Assembly: GCA_964414415.1 (NCBI GenBank)
Contig: CAYPWJ010000001.1
Location: 74,701 to 138,700 of the forward strand
Origin: an uncultured Thermoplasmatales archaeon
Lineage (GTDB): Archaea; Thermoplasmatota; E2; UBA202; DSCA01
DNA: 64,000 bases
Direction: 5' to 3'
The position numbers were made by a program, and so were the translations under genes. Of this stretch, positions 45,600-54,858 are shown one piece after another. Under the pieces are notes generated by a model. It searched no databases, had not been told where the DNA came from, and saw only the letters and a list, made by a program, of their open reading frames with translations. Position 1 is the stretch's first letter, and each line of letters begins with the position of its first letter.

Positions 45600-47090
45600 A
45601 TGAACACCACCTATTTTGCACACATCTTGGCACCAGAGAGAGCACACCATCCCGAGCGGAGCAACGCCACCCTCGAGAGAGTCATCGAGGTCCTCCACAA
45701 CGTCCTCGGCGACGACGCCACGCCGCATGTCGAGCAGCTCCGGGAACACCTCGACGTACACGAGCGAGCACCGCTGACACGGGAGCAGGCAGACATCGTC
45801 GCGGCCACGCTCGACGGGGCAGCGCTGCCCCATCACCTCATACGGGAGATAGCCGGGCAGCTCAAGGAATCCGAGCTTGCGACCGCCGAAGCACGAGAGC
45901 TCCACAGCCGATACAAGATACCCGTCTCCGCTTTGGAGGAAGACATCGTCCCCGTCCGGGGCGACGGCTGCTGGATACGCGATACCCACGGCGAGTGGTA
46001 CCTCGACATGGACAGCAACTACAGCGCCACCAACCTCGGGATGGCCAACGAGGAGCTCGCACGTGGGCTCTACAACCAGGCCCGGCTGCTCGTCTCCATG
46101 AAGGAAGACCGCGTCCAGATAGCCCGCACACGCTTCCTCAAAGAAATCAGCCAGATGATGCCGCCCGGGCTCACACATTTCTACTGGCAGAACTCCGGCG
46201 GCGAGGCAGTCGACAAATGCATCAAGTTCGCCAAAGCCTACACCGGCTGCAAGGACGTCGTCGCGTTCAAAAACGGCTTCCACGGCCGCACGCATGGTGC
46301 GGTGGCAGTCACCTGGAACGAGGACTACCGAAAGCCGTTTTTTCTGCACGAGGAGGACTGGGTCCATTTCGCCGAGTTCAACGACATCGACTCAGTGCGG
46401 CAGGCCATGGACGACAGCGGCGCCCGGACCATCATCATGGAGATGGTGCAGGGCGAAGAAGGCGGGAATCTGCCGGCAACGCAGGCATTCATCGACGACC
46501 TCTGGAAGCTGGCGGAGCAACGCGACGCGGTCATCATCGACGACGAGGTCCAGGCCGGCTTCGGCCGCACCGCCACCTGCGAGGGCGACTGGTTCGCCTG
46601 CCAGAGCTACAACGTCACCCCCGATCTGATGGCCATCGGCAAATCCTTCGGCGGCGGCTATCCCGTCACGGCAGTCGTGACAACCGAGGAGATATCCGAT
46701 GCGATGCAGCCCGGCTGGGACGGCTCCACCTTCGGTGGTAACCCCATGGCGATGACCGCCGCGCTCATCGCAACCCGACAGATGTGCCGCCGCGACGTCA
46801 CCGGCAACGTCATCGCCAGAGCAGCGCAGATGCGCGAGGGCTTTGCCGAGCTCCAGGAAAAACATCCCGTCATGGACGACATCCACGGCCGCGGTCTCAT
46901 GCTCGCGTTCTCCGTCGGCAGCGAGGACAACGTCGAAGAGCTCCAGCGTCAGCTCCGCATGCGGCACGTCAAGTCAACGCTGTCCACCGGCCCATACATC
47001 CGCTTTTTGCCGCCGACGATCATCAGCCAGGGCGAGGTCTCGTTCTTCCTCGACCGGCTCGACGAGGCGCTCGGCCAGTTGTCCTGCTGA
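45600..47090 (+). CDS. Class III (ornithine/acetylornithine/GABA-type) PLP-dependent aminotransferase with a roughly 120-aa N-terminal extension
   Basis: Start at MNTTYF (M138 of the track ORF; AT-rich promoter upstream). Class-III motifs (GFHGRT, IIDDEVQAGFGRTA, IGKSFGGGYP, ST(F)GGNP). The family fold normally begins near ...VPVRGDGCWI..., which here is residue 120. Confidence 0.8.
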   Translation: MNTTYFAHILAPERAHHPERSNATLERVIEVLHNVLGDDATPHVEQLREHLDVHERAPLTREQADIVAATLDGAALPHHLIREIAGQLKESELATAEARELHSRYKIPVSALEEDIVPVRGDGCWIRDTHGEWYLDMDSNYSATNLGMANEELARGLYNQARLLVSMKEDRVQIARTRFLKEISQMMPPGLTHFYWQNSGGEAVDKCIKFAKAYTGCKDVVAFKNGFHGRTHGAVAVTWNEDYRKPFFLHEEDWVHFAEFNDIDSVRQAMDDSGARTIIMEMVQGEEGGNLPATQAFIDDLWKLAEQRDAVIIDDEVQAGFGRTATCEGDWFACQSYNVTPDLMAIGKSFGGGYPVTAVVTTEEISDAMQPGWDGSTFGGNPMAMTAALIATRQMCRRDVTGNVIARAAQMREGFAELQEKHPVMDDIHGRGLMLAFSVGSEDNVEELQRQLRMRHVKSTLSTGPYIRFLPPTIISQGEVSFFLDRLDEALGQLSC

Positions 47091-47120
47091 CAGGAGCGGG
47101 ATACAGCACTGCTGATAACG

Positions 47121-47576
47121 ATGGTGGATATAAAAAACAGACGCTGGTTGATCGGCAGGCTCCTCCTGGGTATCGCCGTCTCCATCTTCATATTTGTATG
47201 GTTTTTCGTCCTGGAGCCGACTGTCGACCTGACGCCGGGTCCGGACCACCTGCAGACGGGCGCCAAGGTCGCCATCACCGACGTCGAGACCCAGGTAACC
47301 GGGAGCCAGTTCAACGTCACCTTTCGCCTTGAAAACGTCGGCGACGAAAAAGCCCAGGCACTGATGCTCGATCCAGACGTCAGAGACCAGGACGGCGACA
47401 ATCGAACCACCGGGGGATTCACCACCGTGGCCCCTGGGTTAGCTGCAGGCGCCACCGTCACGGAGACGATATCCCTCGACATCCAGCCCGGCGACAGCCG
47501 ATATACCGCCCACGTGGACGTCTGGTGGATGGCAGGGAACGCAAGCTACACCTACAACTGGACGGTAGAACAGTGA
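47121..47576 (+). CDS. Single-pass membrane protein with an extracellular domain (hypothetical)
   Basis: N-terminal TM LIGRLLLGIAVSIFIFVWFFVL. No conflicting ORF. Confidence 0.45.
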   Translation: MVDIKNRRWLIGRLLLGIAVSIFIFVWFFVLEPTVDLTPGPDHLQTGAKVAITDVETQVTGSQFNVTFRLENVGDEKAQALMLDPDVRDQDGDNRTTGGFTTVAPGLAAGATVTETISLDIQPGDSRYTAHVDVWWMAGNASYTYNWTVEQ

Positions 47577-47749
47577 GCGAGCAACACCTCCCCTAGCGAT
47601 GCAGTCCTCCATCCCGCTCGACCACCGACGGAAGCATTTCTCTCCGGATTCATATACCCCTCACCGTTCAACCCGCTATCCGGGCGCCGTTCTCATCATC
47701 TCCAGGCACCTTCGTTAACCTTATATTGCCTGTTGCCATACCGTGTAGG

Positions 47750-48193
47750 ATGGCAACCGTCGATGAGATTCTGGAAGAGCAGCGCGAGGAGGGGCGCCGC
47801 ATCATCGAGCGTAGCTCGACGTCCCGGGAGCTGTTCGAGGAGCTCAAGGAGGAATGCCCCCACATCCCCGAGGAGGAGCTCGTCCGTCTTTTCAAGTCCG
47901 TCGCTGCAGGCACCAAGATGGTGGACAGCGCAATCGTCGCCGCGGCACACAACATGGAGTACAACGCGACGCACCCCGCGCCCAAAGAGCGACCGTGGAT
48001 AGACCTGTTTTTCACCGACGCCGCCCGGGACATCATGACACCCGGGGAACTCATGCAGGACGACGACCTCTACCACGATTACATCGAGATGATCGGCTCG
48101 CTCGAGGCGAAATACGACGACCAGGAGGAGCAGCCCGATCTCTCCATCTTCAGGCGGCAGACCACGATGTTCCTGAAAAAACAGGTGGAATGA
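47750..48193 (+). CDS. Acidic hypothetical protein (147 aa)
   Basis: Start at MATVDEIL (M9 of the track ORF). TATA CCTTATATTGCC about 30 nt upstream. First gene of the flavoenzyme cluster. Confidence 0.45.
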   Translation: MATVDEILEEQREEGRRIIERSSTSRELFEELKEECPHIPEEELVRLFKSVAAGTKMVDSAIVAAAHNMEYNATHPAPKERPWIDLFFTDAARDIMTPGELMQDDDLYHDYIEMIGSLEAKYDDQEEQPDLSIFRRQTTMFLKKQVE

Positions 48194-48196
48194 CAC

Positions 48197-49645
48197 ATGC
48201 GGATAGAGCAGCATCCCATCCTCGACTTCGACCGACACAATTCCTTTACGTTTTCATATGACGGCGAGCCCGTCACCGCCTACCGAGGCGAGAGCATCGC
48301 CGCCGCCCTGCATGCAGCAGGCGTCAGGGTGCTCTCCCGGAGCGTCACTCGCGACCGCCCGCGAGGCTTCTTCTGCGGCATCGGCAAATGCTCCTCCTGC
48401 CTCATGCGCGTCGACGGCATCCCGAGCGTCCGGACGTGCATCGTCCCCGCCGAGCAGGGCATGGAGGTCGAGCCTACACGGGGGCGGCTTCCCGAGGTGT
48501 CCTTCAACGCGCAGCCGGCCATAGACATCGACGTCGAGGTGCTGGTCATCGGGGCCGGCCCGGCGGGCATGTCAGCAGCCATCGAGGCGGCCAGCCACGG
48601 CAGCCACGTGCTGCTCCTCGACGAAAACCCCAGGATGGGCGGGCAACTCGTCAAGCAGACCCACAAGTTCTTCGGCTCACGGGAGGAGCAGGCGGGCACC
48701 CGCGGCGTCACCATCGCCCGCGAGCTCGAGCGGCGCATCGCGGAACTGGCGGACGACGGCCGCGTCGACACGCTGCTGCAGACCACCGCCTTCGGTTACT
48801 ACGACGGCGGCAACGGCTCACACGTCATCGCCGCCGCGAACCGCATGGACAACCAGTTGTACCGCGTCACCGCCCGGCAGGTCATCATTGCCACAGGCGC
48901 ACAGGAAAACATGCTGGCGTTCCCCGGCAATGACCTCCCCGGCGTCTACGGCGCTGGCGGCGTCCAGACGCTCATGAACGTCTATGGCGTCAGGCCCGGC
49001 GAGCGCGTGCTGATGGTCGGCGCTGGCAACGTCGGACTCATCGTCTCATACCAGCTCCTGCAGGCCGGCGTCCAGGTCGAGCGGGTCGTCGAGGCCATGC
49101 CCCGGATCGGCGGGTACCACGTCCACGCGGCGAAGCTCCGCCGGCACGGCGTCCCCATCCAGGTCAGGCATTCCATCCGGGAGGTCTACGGCGACGAGGC
49201 GGTCGAGGGCGCAACCATTGTCGAGCTCGACGACGACTGGAACGAGATCGAGGGAAGCACGGAGGACGTGCCCTGCGACACCGTCTGCCTCGCCGTCGGA
49301 CTGACTCCCTCAGCACGGCTGCTGTTCCAGGCCGGTGCAGCGCAGCGGTACATCCCCGCCGCCGGCGGCCACGTCGCCCTCCACAACGACCGGATGGAGA
49401 CCTCCATCGCTGGCCTGTATACAGCCGGTGATACGTCGGGCATCGAGGAAGCATCGACGGCCATGGTCGAAGGCAAAATCGCCGGGCTCGCCGCCGCCGA
49501 TACGCTGCACGACGTCAGCGACGCAGAGGCACTGCTGCAGGACTACCATGGTCGCCTGGCGGACATGCGCGCCGGCCCGTTCGGCGAAAAGTCACGACAG
49601 GCGAAAAAAACCATTTGCGAGGAGGCAGACGATGCCGGAATATGA
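48197..49645 (+). CDS. HcnA/HcnB-like fusion subunit: N-terminal [2Fe-2S] domain plus FAD/NAD(P)-binding pyridine-nucleotide-disulfide-oxidoreductase domain (alpha subunit of a proline/opine/sarcosine-type dehydrogenase complex)
   Basis: 482 aa. Cys cluster CGIGKCSSCLMRVDG...C. Dinucleotide folds VLVIGAGPAGMSAA and MVGAGNVGL. Confidence 0.7.
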   Translation: MRIEQHPILDFDRHNSFTFSYDGEPVTAYRGESIAAALHAAGVRVLSRSVTRDRPRGFFCGIGKCSSCLMRVDGIPSVRTCIVPAEQGMEVEPTRGRLPEVSFNAQPAIDIDVEVLVIGAGPAGMSAAIEAASHGSHVLLLDENPRMGGQLVKQTHKFFGSREEQAGTRGVTIARELERRIAELADDGRVDTLLQTTAFGYYDGGNGSHVIAAANRMDNQLYRVTARQVIIATGAQENMLAFPGNDLPGVYGAGGVQTLMNVYGVRPGERVLMVGAGNVGLIVSYQLLQAGVQVERVVEAMPRIGGYHVHAAKLRRHGVPIQVRHSIREVYGDEAVEGATIVELDDDWNEIEGSTEDVPCDTVCLAVGLTPSARLLFQAGAAQRYIPAAGGHVALHNDRMETSIAGLYTAGDTSGIEEASTAMVEGKIAGLAAADTLHDVSDAEALLQDYHGRLADMRAGPFGEKSRQAKKTICEEADDAGI

Positions 49646-50096
49646 ACGCAGCGGCGTGCTCGGGGAGGACGACCTCAACCTGCCGTCGGAGGAACAGCTG
49701 CGCAATGGTGTTGCAGTCATCGAATGCGTGCAGGAGATACCCTGCAATCCCTGTGTCGACGCATGCCCGACCGACGCGATATCCATGGAGGACATCAACG
49801 CGCCGCCCCATGTCGACTACGAGACATGCATCGGCTGCGGTCAATGCATCGCCGTCTGCCCCGGCCTCGCCTGCTTTGTCGTTAAATTGGAGGACGAACA
49901 CGCGCTGGTGACGCTCCCCTACGAGATGCTCCCGCTGCCAGAGGAGGGCGACCATGTTGCCGCGTTGAACCGCCGGGGTGAACGGGTCGGCGACGCGGTC
50001 GTCCGCGAGGTCAGAGAAGGAGACACGCCCATCATCACAATTGAGGTCGCGCCGGAGCACGCGATGCAGGCCAGAGCCATCGAGGTGGAGCTATGA
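49632..50096 (+). CDS. 2x[4Fe-4S] ferredoxin-domain subunit
   Basis: Start at MPEYERSG (GAGGAGG 7 nt upstream). Motifs CNPCVDACP and CIGCGQCIAVCP. Overlaps the alpha gene's 3' end by 14 nt. Confidence 0.65.
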   Translation: MPEYERSGVLGEDDLNLPSEEQLRNGVAVIECVQEIPCNPCVDACPTDAISMEDINAPPHVDYETCIGCGQCIAVCPGLACFVVKLEDEHALVTLPYEMLPLPEEGDHVAALNRRGERVGDAVVREVREGDTPIITIEVAPEHAMQARAIEVEL

Positions 50097-50362
50097 CGAC
50101 CATCATCTGCCGCTGCGAGGACGTCACCGAGGCGGACATCGTCGCGGCCATCGAAGACGGCTGCCGGACGCTCGACGGACTCAAGCACCGCCTCAGGCTC
50201 GGCATGGGCCCATGTCAGGGTCGCACCTGCCTCACTTTGGCGGCGCGCATCCTCGCCCGGGAGACAGGCCAGTCCATCGAGGAGCTCCAATGGCAGACAG
50301 CGCGGCCGCCTGCGGTCGCCGTCTCGCTCGGCACCCTCGGAGGTGACCGTGATGATCGATGA
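50093..50362 (+). CDS. BFD-like [2Fe-2S]-binding small subunit
   Basis: 89 aa. CRCE...C...CQGRTC pattern. ATGA overlap with the preceding gene. Confidence 0.65.
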   Translation: MTTIICRCEDVTEADIVAAIEDGCRTLDGLKHRLRLGMGPCQGRTCLTLAARILARETGQSIEELQWQTARPPAVAVSLGTLGGDRDDR

Positions 50363-51500
50363 GACAGCGGTCGCGGTCGTCGGCGGCGGCATCAACGGCT
50401 GCGCCCTCGCCTACGAGCTCTCGAAGCGCGACATCGACGTGGCCGTGGTAGAGCGAGACATCCTCGCGAGCGGCGCCACCGGGCGATGCGGCGCCGGCAT
50501 CCGCCAGCAGTGGTCCACCAGGGAGAACGTCACCCTTGCCATGAGAAGCATGGATATCTTCGAGCAGCTCAGCGAGGAGCTCCAGGCGGACATCGGCCTC
50601 CGGCAGGGCGGCTACCTGGTCATCGTGCACGACGAAGACGGCATGCAGCAATCGGAGCGGAACGTCGAGCTGCAGCAGTCGCTCGGCCTGAACGTCGAGC
50701 TGCTGTCGCCCGAGAAAATCACGGACGTGGTACCCATCCTGGACGTCGATGGTATAGACGCCATCGGCGCCACGTTTTGCCCCACAGACGGCCACGCGGA
50801 CCCGTTCAAGACGGCACATGCCTACGCGAGGGCTGCAGAGCAGCAGGGCGCCCGGTTTTATCCGTTTACCGAGGTCGAGGACGTGCTCACAAACGGCGGC
50901 GCGGTCGTTGGCGTCCGGACCAATCGGGGCGACATCACCTCGGAGTACGTCGTCAACGCCGCCGGGGCCTGGTCGAAACAGATAGCCGGGATGGCCGGGG
51001 TGGAGCTGCCCAACGTGCCAACCAAGAAAGAGATCCTGGTGACGGAGCGGATGGAACGGGTCTTCGACGCCATGGTCATCTCGTTCAAGGACGGCATCTA
51101 TTTCAGCCAGCAGGAGGAAGGCCAGGTGCTCGGCGGCATCCCGCCGCCGGAGACGGTGACGGGCTATGATGACACGGCGACGCTGTCGTTCCTCCAGCAC
51201 ATGTCCCGGACGCTGACCCGGTACGCGCCGGTGCTCCGGCACATCAACATCCTGCGGCAGTGGACCGGCTACTACGACGTCACACCGGATGCACGGCCAA
51301 TCCTGGGCGAGGTCGACGAGCTCCAGGGTTTCGTCCAGTGCAACGGCTTCTCCGGCCATGGGTTCATGCTGGCCCCCATCGTCGCCCGGGTGATCGCGCA
51401 GCGCATCGCCGGCGAGCAGCCCGAGGTGGACATCTCGGGGCTGCGCTACGACCGCTTTAGCAAAGCGGATTTCGAGCGGGAGCAGTCCGTCGTCGGCTAA
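50352..51500 (+). CDS. FAD-dependent oxidoreductase, DAO/SoxB/HcnC family (beta subunit)
   Basis: ATG at 50352 preceded by GGAGGTG. Motif VAVVGGGINGCALAYEL and C-terminal ...CNGFSGHGFMLAP. Confidence 0.75.
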   Translation: MIDETAVAVVGGGINGCALAYELSKRDIDVAVVERDILASGATGRCGAGIRQQWSTRENVTLAMRSMDIFEQLSEELQADIGLRQGGYLVIVHDEDGMQQSERNVELQQSLGLNVELLSPEKITDVVPILDVDGIDAIGATFCPTDGHADPFKTAHAYARAAEQQGARFYPFTEVEDVLTNGGAVVGVRTNRGDITSEYVVNAAGAWSKQIAGMAGVELPNVPTKKEILVTERMERVFDAMVISFKDGIYFSQQEEGQVLGGIPPPETVTGYDDTATLSFLQHMSRTLTRYAPVLRHINILRQWTGYYDVTPDARPILGEVDELQGFVQCNGFSGHGFMLAPIVARVIAQRIAGEQPEVDISGLRYDRFSKADFEREQSVVG

Positions 51501-51567
51501 TGACGGCAGTATACGTCCGTCGGATAAGAGAACCTTTAAAAGTATCCTGCATTATAGTGACACCGAG

Positions 51568-53079
51568 ATGGACAAAGTCGTGGCAGCGGTAGGTGTGGCA
51601 CTCCTCGTGTCCTCTGGCGTTTCGATGGCTGTTCAAAATGCTGACGGAGGTGATGGCTGCTGGGAGAGGCGATACGACGGCATGGGAAACGGGGCGGCCG
51701 CCGACATTGTCCCTGCACATGACGGCGGATTTGCCGTTGTTGGGTCTACAGCGTCGACGGTGGATGGCCAGCGGGATATGTGGCTCTTGAAGCTTGATTC
51801 CCAAGGGAACAGGGAATGGGAACGATTTTACGGCGGAGCGCAGAGCGAGCGGGCCTGGAGCCTGGTACGGACAGATGACGGATACCTGCTCGGAGGCTAC
51901 GTTGAAACCTCAGGATTGAAGGGCGAGGAGTTCTGGCTGATACGGGTAGGCGAGCACGGCCACATGATATGGAACAGGACGTATGGCGGGGGCGGAGACC
52001 AAAAACTGGATGCAGTCATCACCACGGCTGATGGTGGATACGCTGCGGCGGGGAGAACAAGTTCCGCCGATAATCCTGGAGACGTGTGGCTTCTGAAGAT
52101 AGACGGAGCGGGCAACGTCGCATGGACCCGCAGCTATGGGGGAGCCGAGATGGATGTCGGCACAGACATCGTTGCAACATCCGATGGATACCTCATTGGC
52201 GGGAGGACCGACTCCTACGCTTCACATGGGGGGTGGGATAGCTGGCTGATCAAGACAGACGGGCAGGGACATGAAGAATGGAACAGAACGTATGGCTGGA
52301 ACAAATTGGAGTTTTGTACCTATATCGAAGAAACACCGGACGGCTACGTTCTGGCCGGCTACACCGAGACCGCCGACAGATGGGGCGAAGCCTATCTGAT
52401 AAAAGTAACAAGGCAGGGAGAGGAACAGTGGAAACGCCGCTACGGCGGATGGAGCATGGACCAGATAGATGATTTCAAGGCGATAGAAGATGGCTATATA
52501 TTGGCAGGAGGTACAGACAGCTATGGATTAGGCGACTTTGACGCATGGCTGCTAAAAATTGATACAGATGGAACCGAGCTATGGAACAAGAGTTTCGGAC
52601 AACGAGAAGCAGATTGGGCACACGCGGTATTGCCGGTAGATAGTGGTTATCTCTGGGTTGGCCATTCCAACGTCTACCATCCGCTCCGCAGAGAACGTGA
52701 AACAGACGCATGGATAGTGAAATGCGATGACGCTCCGCCGCCAACACTTGCCATCTCCCGGCCGAAAGACGGGCATCTGTATCTCTTCGACATGGAAATA
52801 ATGCCCTACGAGCAGACGATCGCGATAGGCGGGATCACGGTAACCGCCGAAACAGGTAGCCCCGGCCGGATAGACAGGGTAGCATTCTACGTGACTGGCT
52901 ACGACATCTACGAGCATCGTCCTCGCGCTGTTATCTCCGAGCCGCCATACCAGTGGAAATGCCGCAGGCTGGGGATGGGGCAACCCATCCAGATAATAGC
53001 TGGCGGATACTACGGCCAGGCTGGAGGCGTAGCGGTGGACAAACAGGAGATACGCATCTTCAACATGGTTCCGGGATAG
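51568..53079 (+). CDS. Secreted beta-propeller repeat protein (about 7 blades of about 48 aa; SBBP/PQQ-like repeat) with a C-terminal Ig-like domain
   Basis: Signal peptide, then repeats of consensus DGGY...AG.T.S...G..D.WL.K.D..G...W...YGG. TATA CCTTTAAAAGT about 30 nt upstream. Confidence 0.65.
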   Translation: MDKVVAAVGVALLVSSGVSMAVQNADGGDGCWERRYDGMGNGAAADIVPAHDGGFAVVGSTASTVDGQRDMWLLKLDSQGNREWERFYGGAQSERAWSLVRTDDGYLLGGYVETSGLKGEEFWLIRVGEHGHMIWNRTYGGGGDQKLDAVITTADGGYAAAGRTSSADNPGDVWLLKIDGAGNVAWTRSYGGAEMDVGTDIVATSDGYLIGGRTDSYASHGGWDSWLIKTDGQGHEEWNRTYGWNKLEFCTYIEETPDGYVLAGYTETADRWGEAYLIKVTRQGEEQWKRRYGGWSMDQIDDFKAIEDGYILAGGTDSYGLGDFDAWLLKIDTDGTELWNKSFGQREADWAHAVLPVDSGYLWVGHSNVYHPLRRERETDAWIVKCDDAPPPTLAISRPKDGHLYLFDMEIMPYEQTIAIGGITVTAETGSPGRIDRVAFYVTGYDIYEHRPRAVISEPPYQWKCRRLGMGQPIQIIAGGYYGQAGGVAVDKQEIRIFNMVPG

Positions 53080-53110
53080 CCGCTTTGCCTCCTTCCGGCT
53101 GCCGCCACCA

Positions 53111-53122
53111 TTATATTTATAA
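53111..53122 (+). promoter_or_regulatory. TATA box (TTATATTTATAA) for the rpoE'-spt4-DUF359-rps24e-rps27ae operon
   Basis: The first in-frame ATG at 53126 is too close to the box. The ATG at 53153 sits about 32 nt downstream, preceded by GGTAGGAG. Confidence 0.45.
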
Positions 53123-53152
53123 GCGATGGGTCTATTTCAGGTAGGAGATTTC

Positions 53153-53698
53153 ATGTATTATATGGTTAAGAAGGAAGATACCATCCGCATCCCGCCCGAC
53201 CACATCGGAGAAGACCTGGAAGAAGTGAGTACCACCATCGTCCAGGAGACCTTTGAGGGCACCATGGACAAGGAGCACGGGCTCATCCTGGTCGCCGAGG
53301 ACGTGGAGCGGACGGGCGAAGGCAATATCATCCACGGCGATGGAGCTATCTATCAGGACGTGGCCTTCGACGCTCTGACCTTCAAGCCCGAGCAGCACGA
53401 GATCATAGATGGTATCATCTGCGACGTCGTCGAGTTCGGTGCCTTCTGTCACATCGGGCCACTCGACGCACTCATCCACAAAAGCCAGATTATGGACGAC
53501 CACATCGTCATCGACGCCGAAAACAAGCGGATGGAGGGACGTGAGACCAACAATTCGCTGAAGGTCGGCGACGTCGTCCGCGCCCGCATCGTCACCATTT
53601 CACTCAACGAGATGAATCCCCGGGAGAGCAAGATCGGGCTTACGATGCGGCAGCCCGGCCTGGGTAAAAAGGAATGGCGCCGGGAGGAGAACCAATGA
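53153..53698 (+). CDS. rpoE: DNA-directed RNA polymerase subunit E' (Rpb7 homologue)
   Basis: Start at MYYMVKKEDTIRIPP (M10 of the track ORF). S1 domain at the C-terminus. Confidence 0.85.
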   Translation: MYYMVKKEDTIRIPPDHIGEDLEEVSTTIVQETFEGTMDKEHGLILVAEDVERTGEGNIIHGDGAIYQDVAFDALTFKPEQHEIIDGIICDVVEFGAFCHIGPLDALIHKSQIMDDHIVIDAENKRMEGRETNNSLKVGDVVRARIVTISLNEMNPRESKIGLTMRQPGLGKKEWRREENQ

Positions 53699-53871
53699 AG
53701 GCCTGCAAGAAATGCCACATGCTGACCGAGGACGACGTCTGCCCCTACTGCAACACGCCGACGTCGGAGCACTGGCAGGGCTACATGGTCATCATCGACC
53801 CTGCTCGCTCCCGCATCGCAGACAAGATGGGTATCAAGATGCCCGGCAAATATGCCCTGAAGGTACGATGA
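53695..53871 (+). CDS. spt4: Transcription elongation factor Spt4 / RNA polymerase subunit E''
   Basis: MKACKKCHMLTEDDVCPYCN zinc ribbon. ATGA overlap with rpoE'. Confidence 0.8.
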   Translation: MKACKKCHMLTEDDVCPYCNTPTSEHWQGYMVIIDPARSRIADKMGIKMPGKYALKVR

Positions 53872-54365
53872 CGTACGTGTTGCCTGACGAGCGACGCCAC
53901 GAGCTGCGGGAGCCCATCGGCGTCGTCCTTCAGGAGGAAGACCTCGATGGAGCGATGCCTCGTCCACTCATCTCGGTGGGCGACATGGTGACCACCACGC
54001 TGCAACGGCGTGGCGTCGAGCCCGACGTCGCAGTCGTCGACTACCGGGTGGAACGCTCGCCGTGCGGCGATGCTGTCAGGCAGGCAGTCCAGGATGCCGG
54101 GGACATGACTCGGCGGGTCAGCAATCCAGCCGGCGTCATCACCGACGAGCTCTGGCAGGCCGTCGAGACAGCGCTTGACAGCGACACAGCGACGCGGATA
54201 GAGGTCGACGGCGAGGAAGACCTGGCGGCCCTGGTTGCTATCGCGCTTGCCCCTGTGGGAGCGACGGTCCTGTATGGGCTGCCGTCCGAGGGTATTGCCC
54301 GCGTCGCCGTTACGTCGGATTCAAAGGAAAAAGTCAGACATGTCCTTGAGGACATGGAGGAATAA
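53868..54365 (+). CDS. DUF359 (COG1909) protein, the archaeal GTP-dependent dephospho-CoA kinase family
   Basis: Start at MTYVLPDE (M53 of the track ORF; ATGA overlap with spt4). Conserved position in the archaeal rpoE'-spt4-DUF359-S24e-S27ae operon. Confidence 0.7.
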   Translation: MTYVLPDERRHELREPIGVVLQEEDLDGAMPRPLISVGDMVTTTLQRRGVEPDVAVVDYRVERSPCGDAVRQAVQDAGDMTRRVSNPAGVITDELWQAVETALDSDTATRIEVDGEEDLAALVAIALAPVGATVLYGLPSEGIARVAVTSDSKEKVRHVLEDMEE

Positions 54366-54367
54366 AC

Positions 54368-54709
54368 ATGGAAATCGAGATAACGTCAAGGAAGGAAAAC
54401 AAGGTTCTGGAGCGAGAGGAAGTTGCCTTCACGCTGCAGTTCGAGGGCAAGACGCCCTCCCGGAAGCAGGTGCAGCAGCAGCTGTCTGATGTCATCGGCA
54501 GAAACATTATCGTCGTGGAGTACATCAAGCCGATGTACGGCGCCAGCAAGGCGACGGGCTACGCCAGAGGGTATACCTCGGCGAGGCAGGCCCGCGCCGT
54601 CGAGCAGCAGCACATCCTGGAGCGGAACAATCTCGCCGGCGGTGAACCGGAGCAAGCAGCTGCGGAGGAAACCGAAGAACCGGAAGAAGCGGCAGCCAAG
54701 GGGGAATAA
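54368..54709 (+). CDS. rps24e: 30S ribosomal protein S24e
   Basis: 113 aa. Motifs ...[12 protein letters not shown]...KTPSRKQV... and an acidic tail. Confidence 0.85.
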   Translation: MEIEITSRKENKVLEREEVAFTLQFEGKTPSRKQVQQQLSDVIGRNIIVVEYIKPMYGASKATGYARGYTSARQARAVEQQHILERNNLAGGEPEQAAAEETEEPEEAAAKGE

Positions 54710-54710
54710 C

Positions 54711-54857
54711 ATGAGCAAGCGAGATCTGTATAAGGTAGAGGACGGCCAGCTGGTCCGCACCCGCAAGGTCTGTCCCAAGTGTGGCGACGGCGTGTTTCTC
54801 GCCGAGCACGATGACCGGCTGAGCTGCGGCCAGTGTGGCTACACTGAATTCAAGTAA
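54711..54857 (+). CDS. rps27ae: 30S ribosomal protein S27ae
   Basis: 48 aa: [48 protein letters not shown] (C4 zinc ribbon). Hidden as the C-terminus of the artefactual track ORF 54423..54857. Confidence 0.8.
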   Translation: MSKRDLYKVEDGQLVRTRKVCPKCGDGVFLAEHDDRLSCGQCGYTEFK

Positions 54858-54858
54858 C

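Noticed and set aside
54423-54710. Track ORF 54423..54857 as a 144-aa protein
   Set aside because: Its first 96 codons are antisense or overlap S24e. Only the last 48 codons (S27ae) are real.
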